From NCBI RefSeq assembly GCF_009914755.1, contig NC_060925.1: DNA of 64,000 nucleotides; one strand, written 5' to 3'. Positions within the stretch are counted from its first letter, which is position 1, and each line of letters begins with the position of its first letter. Below, one piece after another: positions 16,411-30,061 of the stretch. The notes under the pieces are model-generated. The model worked only from the letters and a program-made list of their open reading frames with translations, did no database searches and was not told the origin of the DNA. The stretch comes from the human T2T-CHM13v2.0 reference genome, Homo sapiens. A program made the translations under genes and the position numbers.

Positions 16411-18192
16411 TCAGAAGAGCTTGGCAGTGACCCGGTTACCCCCAGAGTTTTTATCCCCAGAGGGCCGAGGTGCCACAAAGTCAAAGGTCATGTGATGTTT
16501 GACCCGACCTTTGCCCTTGCTCCAAAGGGCAATCAGGCCAAAGCAGAGGGTCACTGAGGTGAGGAAGGGGAGGAAGCCGACTGCCAGCACCATGGCCACA
16601 CCTCTGCTATCCAGAAAAAAAGGCCCTGGGATCCCTGGCACGGTGATGTTGGGGTCAGAAAGTGTGCCGTTTGGTGGTTCCACCTGGATGACTTCCAGCC
16701 AGGTCCTCAGGGAGTCATTCCCAGCGACATTGCTAACCACACAGACATAGGCCCCTCTGTCCCGTAGCTGCACTGAGCGGATCTCCAGTGTCCCATCCTC
16801 TAGGACCCTTACTCTCCCAGCCCTGCCCAGCCAAGCCCCATGAGGCCTCATCCAGGAGACAGTGGGGGCTGGGTCTCCATCTCCAGAGCAGGAGAAAACC
16901 GCATGCCCGCCCTCCTCTGCAATGACCCATCGAGGCCCCGACTTTCGGATCAGGGCTGGTTTGCAGGTGAAGTGCCCTGGAGGCAGGATGTCTGAAAACT
17001 CCTTCAGGCTCTTCCCCTGGACATGATGGGGGCCAGCACAGGCAGGGGGGGACATGCCAAAGTCCAGGTGGCGGCGGAGCCGGAGCAGCCAGAGGAGGCG
17101 GCAGTCACAGGTTAGGGGGTTGCCAGACAGCCTCAAGGTGACCAGTTTGTCTGGAGAAGGGAAAGCTGTTTCCTCTAGTGTCTGAAGGGCGTTATCTGCC
17201 ACATCCAGGAGGTGGAAGGCAGTCAAGCCATGGAAGGCATGGGCAGCAATGGAGGTGAGGCATGCCCCTGACAGGCGTAGCTCCTGGAGCCGCACCAGGG
17301 GGCTGAGCCTTCGGGCTGGGATGGCTGAGATGGGATTCTGGGACAGATCCAGGACCCTGAGGAAGCTGAGGTGGTACAGTGCTTGGAAGGGCACCGAGCT
17401 CAGATTGCAGCGAGTGATGGCCAGGCTGCTGAGATTGAGCCCAACCAGGCTCCCAGGGTCCAGAGCCTCCAGAGATGGCCAGAGGTGGATCTCCAGCTCC
17501 TTGAGCTGCCCCAGCCCCCGCAGGGCCCCAGCTGGCAGCCTCCCAATATCCAGTTCTCTAAGCCTTAGGGCCACTAGTGCCGGGAGACGGGCAAGGGCTA
17601 GGCCAGGCACTGTGCTGAGGTTGCAGCGCTCCAGGGTGAGGGTGCTCAACTTGGCTAGCCCTGCAAAGGCCCCCGGAGCCACAAATACCAGGTGGTTGTC
17701 CCCAACCTCCAGCTTCTGGAGGCTGCCTAGCTCCCCAAAAGCTCCATCTAGGAAGAGAACAATCTGGTTGAGGCGGAGGTCCAGCAGGGTCAGAGCAGAG
17801 AGGCCTGAGAAGACCCCAGGCCCCATGATTCTGAGCCGATTGCCCTGCAGCCTCAGGGTGAGTAGGCTTTGTAGGCCATGGAAGGCCCCAGGCTCAAGGG
17901 TTGAGAGCTGGTTGTAGCTGAGGTCCAATTCCTGGAGCAGGCTCAGGCGGGAGAGCATTCCCTGCTGGAGCCCCCACAGGCGGTTCCCACTCAGGTCCAG
18001 GAGCTCAGTGTCCAGTGGGAGTCCTCCAGGTACAGCCTCCAGTTGCCTGTGGCCACAGAGCACAGCCTGGGGCTGGGAGGTGCAGTCACACACAGCAGGG
18101 CAGCTGCCACCGCTCCCTCCAGGTAGGAGGAGGAGGAAAAGGAGCGGGGGCCATGGGGGCCAGGCTTGCTTTGGAGCTGTGGCTGCATCCAT
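16411..18192 (-). CDS. LINGO4: Leucine-rich repeat and Ig domain-containing protein 4, 593 aa, single coding exon
   Basis: [11 protein letters not shown] start in strong Kozak ggaATGg; signal peptide, LRRNT (CPAVCDC), LRRs, LRRCT (NPLTCDC), Ig domain, TM helix, LINGO-type tail [10 protein letters not shown]; acceptor ttccag|G at 18205. Confidence 0.98.
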
Positions 18193-20717
18193 TCCCTCTT
18201 CAGTCCTGGAATAGATGATGACATGGCCCTTTTTGGAAAGTGGCTTCAGATGACGGTGACCCTGGACTTCCTGGCCCTTCTTAGAGAGGAGAGAAATTGG
18301 TCTATCTGTCTCAGCATTGCCAATAAGTAGGGCACAGAACCAGGAAGAATTCTTGTGTGCCACCTCCCTGGGGCTTCCTGGAGCTTCTCTTTGGGGAATC
18401 TCTGCTTTCCTCCCTCTTCCAGCCCTGGATAACCAGCCAAGTGCTTACTGGCTCATGGAACCCTAGCCAAGCCTGATTTCTGTGGGGAAAAAGCTTATGG
18501 GAATGGGGCAGGGAACAGCAGGGAGGTACTGAGTCTTTCTGTATGGGGTTTCCTGATGTCTGTGAGATCCAGGAGGATCTCAGGTCCCTTCTCCCTGATA
18601 CCTGCTCTTCCCAAGCTCTGCTCTGTCCCTCTCTGCTCACGCTTATTCTTTCACATTATGTACCCATAGTTTTGCTTAAGGCTCAGGGAGATCATGTCCT
18701 TGGCCCAGAGTTCCCTGTCCTGACTGGAGAGGTCCTCACCTTGACTAGCTCACCCAAGGCTGGGAAACATGCAGGCCTCAGCTCCACCCCCATGCTGAGC
18801 CCTCTTCCAGCCTGGCCCAGGGCCTGAGCCCTGGACTAACAAGATCCAATCTCCCCAAAATGCCTGTGTGGACAACTGCCAAGCTGTACATTAGCTGTGG
18901 CATAGGATGCAGGAGGCACTTGACTGGGAAGCTGGGAATCCCCTGCAAGAGCCCAGGGGCAACTGCTTCTCTACTGCAATTGAAGTTGGGGTGTGTGAGA
19001 GACCCAAAGGATGCCCAGGTTTTGAGTTCTGTTGCTTGGTCTTCAGTCTTGGGCTTCCCTCATATCCCTCCTTAATGGTGTTTGGATTCTGGTCCAGTGT
19101 GTGGATCTGAGGGAGAGCTCTTGTCCCTTTTGGCCTGAGCTGCCTGAGAAATTCCCAAGAGACAGATTGTGGACCAGGGAGCATAGATAAGTGAGGAGAG
19201 ACAGCATCTGACCAAGTGCTGTAGGGTGGGGAGGAAGGGAGCTGTTGGCTGGCACAGCAGGTATCTGGGCACAGACAGTGTGCAGAGCCTGTAGACTTAT
19301 AGTCAGTTTCTGGGTACCAGGTTCCGGGAACCCTCAGGAAGATGGTGACTACAATGGCTGAGGTGACAGAGGAGAAGGGGCCCTCTAGGTGATGAGGGCC
19401 CCTGACTCATCCTGTTCGATGTCAACAGGGACCCCAAGGCAGAGGAAGTACTGGAATTGGCAAGGGATGGCTACAGAGATAGGAGCAAAAGCCCATGGAT
19501 GCTCTCTGGGATACAGCGCGTCTGAGTCTCTGCTGAGCGGCAATCCTGATCACCTTTGGGCTTGTGGGCTTCAGGCTCTCTGGGCTCTACAGGGTCAGCT
19601 TTCTACTACATGCCCTGTTTTTTCTCATGTGGAACTTAGGAGAGGCAGTTTAAGAGATGGTCATTTCTTCCCCTTTCCTTCCCACTCTCCACCTCCTAGA
19701 AGGATCATTCTAGTGGCTATCCTACAGCCACTTGAGAGGATTGTCCTAGTTGGGAAACTAAAGAAAGAGGCCAAAAGAGCAGAGGGATGCAGAAAACTGG
19801 TGTGAGGCTTGGGGATGAAAAAGAATAACGTGGGGCAAAGACTGCAGAGCAGACTCTTCTCGCCCCAAACTGACCTAACAGGTCTCTGTGGCATGCCCAG
19901 AGCTCTCCCGGGAAAGATGGCCCAGCCTCCCTTGTTCTCCCTAGGCTTGTTCTGGGAAGTCCACCTGACAGCTAGCTCTTCATCACTACTGCTGCAGTTC
20001 CTGCCCATCCTCGCTCTGCATTCAGCAAAAGTGCAGTGAAGCATGTAACCCAGCTTTCTTCCTTCCTGCTCCTGTGAGTTTCCCCTGAGTCCGCTGGGCC
20101 AGGGGCTGAGGGAGCTGGAGCAACCTATTTTATTTCTAAGGTGGCTAATTTAATCACAAATTTCCCTTGCCAACCTCCATGGCTGCAGGACCGGCTTCCG
20201 GCCACTTTGCAGGAAGCGAGATGTCAGAACCACTTTTTTGTCCCTTCAGTGGGGTGGGGACATCACCAAGACATGACCCTTGAAGGCATCACCCCTCAAG
20301 GGTAGGGAGCCTTTTTCTTGTCTTTATGTGGCAGTCCAGAGACACTTTTGAACCTGGGTATCCTGTATCCTCTTTAAAGCACACCTGACTGACAAATGGG
20401 AACTGTGTGGGGAGAGGGTTCCTGGGGGAAAGATTTCTGGAAGATCCACACCGATTGTGGAGAAAAACCCTTCCAGAGGAAGGGGAAGCACTGGGGAGAT
20501 GGAAGGGAGGTCTCCTTGGAGCCCTTCCACCCAGGGGTACTTGGGATATTTGAGTTTCCCCCTCAAAGTCCCATGGGGCCAGGATTAATTGTTAGCAGTG
20601 TGGGGGCCCAAACCCTCTTGCCTTGAGGGGCCTGTCTGGCCCCTAGTCTGGCCTGTCTCGGAAAATGTTATGGAAAAGGGCGGCTGCATCTTTGGGACAG
20701 AGAGTGGGGGCACTTAC

Positions 20718-20905
20718 CGGAGAAGCTGGAAGGTGGCATCAAGTTTGGCACTGCATCTGTCCAGCGCTGGGGGCCCTGTCCCATTCGAGCTGCACCTCAG
20801 GCCCCTGCACCTTCCCTGTGTGCCTCAACCCCCGCTGCCTGGCTGCCCGGCTGCTGCCTGCCGCTGCTGCTGCTGCTGTTGCTGCTGCGGCCGCTGCTGC
20901 CAAGA
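20718..20905 (-). other. LINGO4: LINGO4 non-coding exon 1 (5' end approximate)
   Basis: Consensus donor CCG|gtaagt at 20718; GC/CAG-rich leader; TTTAAAA upstream near 20971-20977. Confidence 0.75.
20851..20900. repeat. Interrupted CTG/CAG trinucleotide tract
   Basis: ctgctgcctgccgctgctgctgctgctgttgctgctgcggccgctgctgc. Confidence 0.9.
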
Positions 20906-21559
20906 CTGAGGTGGAGAAAAGAGCCAGAAAGCATTTCTCCTTTTTTTTTTTCCTCTCTCTCTCTCTCTCTTTTTAAACCAGGCAAGAATGAGTCTGCAGC
21001 AACCCTGTTGGTGCAAAATAAATAAATAAAGCAACCAGGGAGGGCTGCAGCAAGCACCACTACAGGCTGGCAAGTGACAGGGGAGGGAGCCAGGAGGGAG
21101 GCTCTGGTGCCAGGGAGGGGTCATGCAATAGCAAGAACAGCAGGTTCTAGAGGATCTCTCTGACATCCTGATTCCCCCACTGGGGAGCTTGGGCCAGCCA
21201 CCTTCCAGAGGACTGTCTTTTGGTCTCCCAGATGTGGAGCAATTCTGTGCAACCTCTAAATCTAAACGTTCCCCGTGGGTATCATTTATGGGAAGTTCTC
21301 AGTCTAGAGCATCTCCCGTGGGGCTCAGTTTGAGGCTCCTACAGTGGGGGTTCCTGAAGATTCGTTCACAGTCCTCACTGAGGGACTGCTCCACCTGGGG
21401 AGAAACTGCAGGGGTCGGGTGAGGGTGGGTTGGATCTGTATAATGCTGATGGATTGCTGAGCTGGAAACCTGAGTCTTGACCCAGGAATGAGACTGGAGA
21501 GCAGGCATGCAGGTAATCTAATTTAAGAATCTCCCCCACCCTCTGACACACACACTTCT

Positions 21560-22959
21560 TGCCTTTAAAATCATTTTATAAAGAATGGCACAAGTTGGGG
21601 TTTATGTTTACTCAGATGAACCCGTCCCCTTAGAGGACACAATCCCACCCCCAACCCCCCCAACTCCACGACTGCCCATCATTGCTGTTAATCCCTCAGG
21701 GGAGGGTTCACAGCTGTTTATGAAGCCAAGAGAGGTTCTGGGCAAGATCACAGCTGGGGAAACAGGCCCAGGCCCTGCTCCCTGGTGTCCTCCATGCTGG
21801 AGTCAGCGGTGCCCAATGACGGGGTGATGTGATCACATCTGCTTCCTTCTCCACAACAAGAGCAGGGCTGGCGGGCAGGCCAGGAAAGTCCTCCAGGATC
21901 TGATCTTGCCCTCCGACTGACCAGTGCGAGCGACTTCTGCTTCTCTTGGGTCTTCTAGTGGTAGAAGACAGCTGGAGCTGGGGTGGTATTTGGATCACCC
22001 CAGACCCAAGATCAGTGGACTGGAGCACCATGGAAATGTTTGGGAGGGTCCCTCAGGATTGGGACTTTCCCCTGAGGCCTCTAGGCTCCTCCAAGCTGTG
22101 GCCTCAAGGATAAGAGAGATTGTGTCAGGTTCATGTGTCTCTGGAACTGCATGATTGCTGTTGAGTCTGTATGTGTTTCACCTGTGTATGGATATGTGTC
22201 TCTGATCAGATTTGTGCCAGCCCCTAAAGTCTATCTTTAAAGTGCACATAAGAGGTTTGAGTTTTAACTCTATGTCTGAGATGCTCTTGGCCTTCATTGT
22301 ACCCTAGTCCCACACCCAAATCCCATAAAACAATTATCTCCAGCCTCTCATCCTCATCCCATCCATTTTTGGTTAGACCCCAGGTAAAGGGTAGGGTGCC
22401 CAAATACTTCCTTGCTGAGCTGGGAGGAAGGCAGAGGCAGAAAATGTAAAGCTCCAGATTCATTTTATACAGGTCCTTCTGGGCTCTCACTGCCAGTCTC
22501 TGAGCTTGATCCATCTCCCCAAGCCGAAGCCCAAAGGGAAATGCAATGAGGTATTTCAAAGGCTTATTCTTAGCTTCTGAGCTTCTGAATGAATTGCATT
22601 CTATTCATCCAGGGAGCCCTGGATGCCCCTGTTTTCTTGAGGATGTCTTGGTCCCCCAGAAGTCCTTAAATCCCAGCCACCCCATGCCTTCCAGAAGCTG
22701 GGTGTGAAGGAATATGGGAAATGAGACAGGTCAAAGCTGAGGCTGGAGATGGTGTTCTGCCAGCCCCACCCTCTGGCGATTGTCCCACTGCCAGGCCGGC
22801 CTGCTGACAGAAAGCCAGCCGCAGCATCTGCTCACTTCCAAAGAGCTGGTGGGGACCACCCTCCAGGGTTCATGGGAAAGGAAAAGGGTGAGGGTGGAAC
22901 GGGGTCCAGGGAGGTGGGCCAGCAGGCCATAGGGAGAGGCAAGGAGTCCCTCTTCCAGG
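21560..22959 (-). other. RORC: RORC 3'UTR (~1.4 kb; 3' end approximate)
   Basis: Follows the stop codon; only variant hexamers seen near the probable end (TATAAA 21575-21580, CATAAA 21601-21606). Confidence 0.65.
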
Positions 22960-23121
22960 TCACTTGGACAGCCCCACAGGTGACTCGGTTTCAGTGCTGA
23001 AGAGCTCCTTGTAGAGTGGAGGGAAAGCGGCTTGGACCACGATGGGGTGGAGGTGCTGGAAGATCTGCAGCCTTTCCACATGCTGGCTACACAGGCTCCG
23101 AAGCTTCCCCTTGGGTGGCAG
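22960..23121 (-). CDS. RORC: RORC exon 11 coding part, including the AF-2 helix (PPLYKELF) and stop
   Basis: [10 protein letters not shown]...SPVGLSK-TGA; 162 nt; total CDS 1557 nt = 518 aa. Confidence 0.97.
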   Translation of the reverse strand: MPPKGKLRSLCSQHVERLQIFQHLHPIVVQAAFPPLYKELFSTETESPVGLSK

Positions 23122-24604
23122 CTGGATATGGGTTAATGGGGAAGGGAGGGTCAATACTTCAGCTCTCCTCAGAGCAAAGAAGTCCGCTCATTCTTCCTGG
23201 GCTAGGACAAACCCTCCTTGCCTTCCCCTTATGTACTTGGCACTTTGGCACCAGCCAAATCCCACTGGTAGAAGTACGTGTGTGTTCAGGACACTGGAGG
23301 GAAGTGAGAGTGGGTGGGGCACAGGTGAATGTTTTCTGGGTGAAGCCCTCAATTTATGTTCCCAATACTTCTAGAATGAACCTTGTCAAAGACTCTAATG
23401 TGCACTTCCTGCTTTTATAAGAGTGATTGTCTGTGACTCTTGTTGTATGCTGTCACATGCCTCTGCCTTTGTGCATGTTGTTCCCCTCTTCCCATTACTA
23501 ATCCTTACCCTCTAGTGTCACCTCTCCTAAGACTATTTCCCTAACTGCCTCCCATCTGGATTAAGGGCCCTTCTTTTGGGCTTTCCTCTGTGTAGCACTT
23601 ACTACATTGCAGGAAAATGGTCCAATTTGTCTGCCTTCCCACCCTAGATTTCAGCTCCTTGGCTGAGGTCTCTCTTTCCCTGTCTCCTCTGTACCTATCA
23701 TAATGCTTAGCACATGGCACATGCTTAATAACTCTTTGAACTAAACAGACTTTCTAAGCAGGCACCTAACACTGCAAGTAGCAAACCAATGCTGCCAGCA
23801 CTCAGCCAAAGGGGAGATGAAAAAGGCACAGAAACCAGTGAGCAGACGGAGGCAGGGAGACCTCACTGGAGCAAGGCTGAAAGAACAATTTATCTCTTGC
23901 AGTCTCCTCTACAACCAAGAGGCTTAAAAATGTCTCTTGCCTGCCATTGCCTCCCTCCCCCAGCTTAGTTTCCTTGGAAAGAGGCAGTCAGAGAAAAGCA
24001 GGCAGCAGGGTGTGATCCCTTCATATCTCCTAGATTCTCTCTCTTCCTCACCACTGCTTTATTCTGAGCTTTTTTGGGCTATGGCAATAGCTTCCTTCAT
24101 TCATTCAACAAATATTTGTTGAGAACACATCTGGATCTGAGCTAGGCACTGTGATGGCCTCTAGTGATATATCAGATATATCAGTCAATAAAGTATAATC
24201 TGTACCTTGATTAAATTTACATTCTGGTGAGGGGCCCAGAAAATAAATATGTAGTGTATCAGATAATAAGTTCTTTAAAGAAAACTAAAGCTTTTTGTAT
24301 GGGGTTACTGGTCAGGAAAAACCTCTCCCGAATGAAGAGGTGGGGTAAGCCATTTGGAAAACTGGGGGAAGAACCCTCCAGGTGACTACAATAGCAGGTA
24401 CAAAAGCCCTGCGACTGGGTTTGATGTGTTCGAGGAATAGCAAGGAAGCAAGTGTGGCTGCAATGGGTGTTTGAAGGGGCAGTGGAAGATCAAGTGAGAA
24501 AAGAAGGCAGGGATCATGTTATGAGCCACTTGACCATGACGCAGACTCTAGATTTGATTCTCGGCATCACAGGCAGCTACAGGAGGGCTGAGAACAGGAG
24601 TCAA

Positions 24605-24930
<326 letters not shown>

Positions 24931-25595
24931 CCACAGGAGTAGGGCATGATGAGATTGCATTTTTAAAAGGGCTACCGTGGGTGCGGAGTAGGTGTGGTTG
25001 CTACAGGGCAGATGAGGGTGGAACAGGGGCTCAGTTAGGAGGCCTCTCTTAAAGTCCAAGTGAAAGCTGAGAGCTGGTAGGGGCCAGGGTGGTGGTAATA
25101 GTAGGGAAGGTGATGTATTTTGAAAGCAGATCCAACCGGATGTGCTTTCCAATTGCTCTCCCAGATTCCTGTCTCTCCTCCTTCAAATCCATCCTGTAGC
25201 AGATTAAAGTTCAAGTTCTTGAGAGCACAGACCGTGTAAGTCATTGCTGTATCCTTAACACCCAGCCCTGTGCCTGGCACATAGCAAAGGCCTGCTTGAA
25301 TAATTACATAAATGGTTCCTTTATACTGGTTCCAAAGTAAATTGCGTAAATGACAGCTCTGATTGTGTCATTTTTCTAGCCTTTGGAGCTCCCTGTGGCC
25401 TAGAAATAAAGCTTTAACGCTTATATGGCATTGAAAGTCCTCTCTGATTTGCCCCTGACCTAATTTTCAGGCTGATCATCTGGTGCTCTTCTGCCCCACC
25501 AGTCTATCCCAGCTCCTGATTTTACACTTTAGTGAGGATGTACCATGAGTGATTCTCCACATACACACTATTTTGCCTCCTTATTTTTCTCCTGT

Positions 25596-25706
25596 TGTTC
25601 TTGGTCTTCATTGTACCCTAGTCCCACACCCAAATCCCATAAAACAATTATCCCCAGCCTCTCATACTCATCTCATCCATTTTTTTGGTTAAACCTCAGG
25701 AAAAGG
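25596..25706 (+). repeat. Direct duplicate of 22282-22390
   Basis: By-eye alignment: 8 substitutions plus a 2-nt indel over ~110 bp; 47-nt identical core. Confidence 0.95.
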
Positions 25707-25924
25707 ATTTTTTTTCATTTTTTTTGTTTTGCTCCTATTGTTCCCTAAGCCTGGAATGCCTGCCCCACCCCCATGAATGCCTGTTAAAATCTTACATCAT
25801 TCATGGCCTAGTATAAATGTCATCTTCCCTGGGAAGTATTTATGACCCACTCCTTTTACCCCCAAATTATTTTTAATCCCTGTTTTATACTCTCATAACA
25901 TTTTCCTGGTGTCACTTATTATAG

Positions 25925-26336
<412 letters not shown>

Positions 26337-26812
26337 TGAACACCTGTCCTATTGACTGGGTTGCCATGAGGATGAGAAAGCATGTCAGCAAAAGCACTCT
26401 GTTAATTGCATTATTATTATATCACATACCACATTCTACTCTATGTTAGAGTTAGTGATACACAGATCTCTTCTTCATACCAGATTAAAATCTCTTGGTG
26501 GGGGCAGCGACCAAATCTCTGTGTCTTTCCACAGTGCCTTGTACAAGCAGGTGCTGGGTAAGTGCTGGCTATATTAAACTGAATTGTTCCCTGGAGGTCC
26601 CTCCCAATCCCAGGCCCTCTAACTTTCCAGTCTTTATGCACGTGGAAGTAGCTGTTCATTCCCTTAGTTCCCACTGCTGATGCAAGCTCTCTAACAGAGA
26701 GTGGTACTCCCGCACTCCCTCCTCTGTACCCACAGACCCCGGCCCTCGCAAACTCTGATGTTACAGAGCTAGCGATGGGCCTGGCCTCTTCTACCCCAGG
26801 GACTGCTCCTAC

Positions 26813-26922
26813 CTTTGCCAGGATGCTTTGGCGATGAGTCTTGCAGAGATGATGATGAAAGGCCAGCTCCAGATTGTACTGCAGCTGTTCTACTTTCCTT
26901 TTCTCTTGGAGCCCTGGCCGAT
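26813..26922 (-). CDS. RORC: RORC exon 10
   Basis: [37 protein letters not shown]; 110 nt; phase-0 donor AAG|gtagga. Confidence 0.97.
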
Positions 26923-27621
26923 CTGGAGGAGGGGGTGGGACCGTAATGAGAACAAGAAAGAACATGGACATTAACTCCCAACAAAAGGGTGTATCTTTGT
27001 GGACATCTGTGCTGGATAGAGGTCTTCTAAGCTGAGCGCGTGCATGTGTGTGCCTTGGTTTGATAATGGTAAGCTCTGGACGTTGGGCTTGGCTAGCTGT
27101 CTACAAGGAAAACTGGGAAGAGATGAAAGGTATGAGAATTTCTGATCTCCTGACTCCAAGCTACCTTCTCCCTGGTAACCTGATATTCCACATAGCTCAT
27201 TCAATGCTAGGCACTAGGATTCTGTCATAGGGGTAACAAGAGTTGGAAAAGAGCTCCCCCATGTACGAAAAGGGCTCCTGATAGGAGGTGGCCTTCCTGA
27301 AGGTGCCCAGGCCTGCACCAGGGGGCTTGCAGCAATCTGTGACTAACTTTTGCCCTGATTCTATAAAATATCCAGAAGTCATCTTTAAAGTTTTTATCTT
27401 CTAGTTTGAAGGGCATATTTAGGTGTCCACTCACTGGCAGAGCCAGAAGACTGATAGTCTCGATCTGCAAACTCAGGTTAGCAGCTTGACCCACTTCCCT
27501 AGGTTCTCTGAATATTTAGTATTCATCTGGCTCAGCCCAGCTACTCCATGCCAGGGGAGTGGATAGGATATCCAGAGTCTTCCTATTATAGGCATACAGC
27601 CTTAAAATTAGTTCACACAGA

Positions 27622-28145
27622 GCAGTGATTCTTAATCTTGGTGGCCTGGGGGTGGCTGTTAAAATTCAGTGCACCCCTTATCAATTACAGATGGTCCCAG
27701 TCTTATGATGAGTTGACTTACTATTTTTTGATTTTATGTTGGTGAGAAAGCCACTTGCATTCAGTAGAAACCATACTTTGAATACCCATGCAACCATCCT
27801 GCTGTTCACTTTTAGAACCATATTCAATAAATTACATGAGCTATTCAACACTTTATTATAAAATAGGCTTTGTGTTATATGCTTTTGCCAGACTGTAGGC
27901 TAATGTAAGCATTCTGAGCACATTTAAGGTAGGCTAGGCTAAGCTATGGTGTTCAGTAAGTTAGGCGTGTTAAATGCAATTTCAACTTACCATATTTTCA
28001 ACTTACGATAGGTTTATTGGGACATAACCCCATCATAAGTCATGGAGCACATGTACACTGGAATCTCTGGAAGTGGGACCCAGGCAGCAATAGTTTTTAA
28101 AGCTCCCCAGGTGATTCTGATGTGTGCTACAATGAAATCACTGCC
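27622..28145. mobile_element. MER5A-like hAT element with a nested MER47-like Tigger MITE (~27688-28052)
   Basis: TA-flanked cagatggtccc...ggagcacatg inside MER5-like halves. Confidence 0.65.
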
Positions 28146-28434
28146 ATAGACTAACAATCAGACACATTTCTGTCAGGAAAGTGGCTCATTTCCTCTCAAC
28201 CTCATTTCTCCCCACTTCCCACAACCCCACCTTATGCTGCTCTTGTCCCTCTCTGAGAGTCCTCTGAATCTTTATTTTAACTCATTTTATTTTATAGCAA
28301 TACTGAGTAGGGCTCATTCTGCTATTTAAAGCAATTTCCCAGATTTAACTACATCTGAAGGTCTAGACTCTTCTTCAATATCTGCCATGCCCCTGCCACC
28401 TGAATGTCCTTCACCCAAGCCCAGCAACACTCAC

Positions 28435-28545
28435 GGGCATTGATGAGAACAAGGGCTGTGTAGAGGGCAATCTCATCCTCGGAAAAGTGCAAGGCACTTA
28501 GGGAGTGGGAGAAGTCAAAGATGGAGCTGATGAGCTCGCTGCAGC
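28435..28545 (-). CDS. RORC: RORC exon 9
   Basis: [37 protein letters not shown]; 111 nt. Confidence 0.97.
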
Positions 28546-28726
28546 CTGATGGAGTGGAAATGAGAAAAGTGAGAGAGTGGCTGGAGCGATGGTGCCCGAG
28601 GACACCGCCCTTATTGTGTTTAGAGCAGAGGGGGCAATTCGCCCTGAAAAGAGGGTGCCCTGGGTCACAAAGCTTTGCCTGGGGTTGGCATCAGAATCTT
28701 CCCTCTCATTTCTCCCTGCCCCTCAC

Positions 28727-28834
28727 CCAAGGCTCGGAACAGCTCCATGCCACCGTATTTGCCTTCAAAAAAGACCGTGCGGTTGTCAGCATTGTAGGCC
28801 CGGCACATCCTAACCAGCACCACTTCCATTGCTC
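28727..28834 (-). CDS. RORC: RORC exon 8
   Basis: [36 protein letters not shown]; 108 nt. Confidence 0.97.
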
Positions 28835-28975
28835 CTGGGCAGTGGGGAGAGAAGATGCAGGGACAGTGTCAAGCAAAGCCAGGATCTGACTCTGTCCCCC
28901 TGATTTCCTTAAGCCACCTCCCTCCACTTGGCTCTGTCCCCTTGTCCCCAGGCCTGCCCACCCATCCCTGGGCAC

Positions 28976-29108
28976 CTGCTTTGAGAAGCACAATCTGGTC
29001 ATTCTGGCAGAGCTCCATAAAGCCTGAGAGCCTCTTGGCGAACTCCACCACGTACTGAATGGCCTCGGTGAGGTGGTGGGCACACCGTTCCCACATCTCC
29101 CACATGGA
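28976..29108 (-). CDS. RORC: RORC exon 7
   Basis: [12 protein letters not shown]...[22 protein letters not shown] (LBD signature); 133 nt. Confidence 0.97.
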
Positions 29109-30061
29109 CTGCAGGGAGGGAGGAGGGTCCCGCTGTAGCGCTCTGTGTGGCCCTGTGATCCTCCTGAGCCCTGGAGCCCCACCTAATAAACTGCAAGGGG
29201 TAGGCTCTGAACTCCTATGTTCTCAACTAGCATTTTCAAAAGCCTGGTCTTAGCACAAATGCACAGATTCCTGCCAGTGAGTCCCACACACTGAGCACCT
29301 ACCGGCTGCTGACACCGAGTTAGCTGTTGTGAGGGAATCCAAAAAGTATGAGATACAGCTTTGCCCTCCAACAAGGTATATCTCGTTGAGGTGAACAGGA
29401 CATACAGCTGCCCCTTCCCCCACAAAGGTTATGCCCAAGGTCTCAATAACCTGGAGAAGCAAATGTGAAGTGCCAAACGAGTGTGTTTAGAGCAGGTGGT
29501 ATGAGAGTGTGATCGAAAAGGCAGCATAAACTTTGGAGCCTGATGAATCTGAATTTGACTTTGGTTCCACCACTTTGTGACTTTGAGGAAACCTATTAAC
29601 CCCTCTAGGCTCAGTTTCTGTCTGTTAAAAGTAGGAATAAATGCCACCCTCATAGGTTGGTTGTGGTAGGGGCTGAGGATAATTTACATAAAGCGTTTAG
29701 CACAATGCCTGGCAGAGAAGGGGTGTTTAACAAATGGTAATCAGGGTTCTGATTATTGTTATTGTTGATGGAAGAGGAGGAAGGAGGGTGCACCAAGGTC
29801 TGCATGGTAGAGGAGGTAGGATGAAGGCCAGGTACAATTTTAATAGGCAAGAACTAAGGAAAAGCGCTCATCCATCTGCTGGGGTGTAGACAGATACACA
29901 CATTCGCAACTGTACATAAAAGGTGTGCACATGCTTGTTGGCCAGCCTGTGTCTGTGATGTCCCGCCCTGCCCCAGGACCCAGTCGTGCGCAGGTAGCCA
30001 TCTCTGAACTCTCCCGGTGGGGGTGGGATACGTTCCCTTCCTGCAGGTCTCCTGGCCTCAC

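Noticed and set aside
16499-17917. Plus-strand ORFs antisense to LINGO4 (e.g. 222 aa)
   Set aside because: Shadow ORFs of a GC-rich coding strand.
18193-18363. 57-aa N-terminal extension of LINGO4 in the 650-aa ORF
   Set aside because: Starts at GTG and lies mostly upstream of the acceptor at 18205 (intronic); the signal peptide follows Met at 18192.
20770-20784. Similarity between the LINGO4 uORF start (ATGGGACAGGGCCCC) and the RORC start (ATGGACAGGGCCCC)
   Set aside because: 12-nt identity is expected many times by chance in 64 kb; no flanking homology.
23122-23145. Possible U12-type branch site before exon 11 (ccattaac)
   Set aside because: The intron 10 donor is GTAGGA, not the U12 GTATCC consensus.
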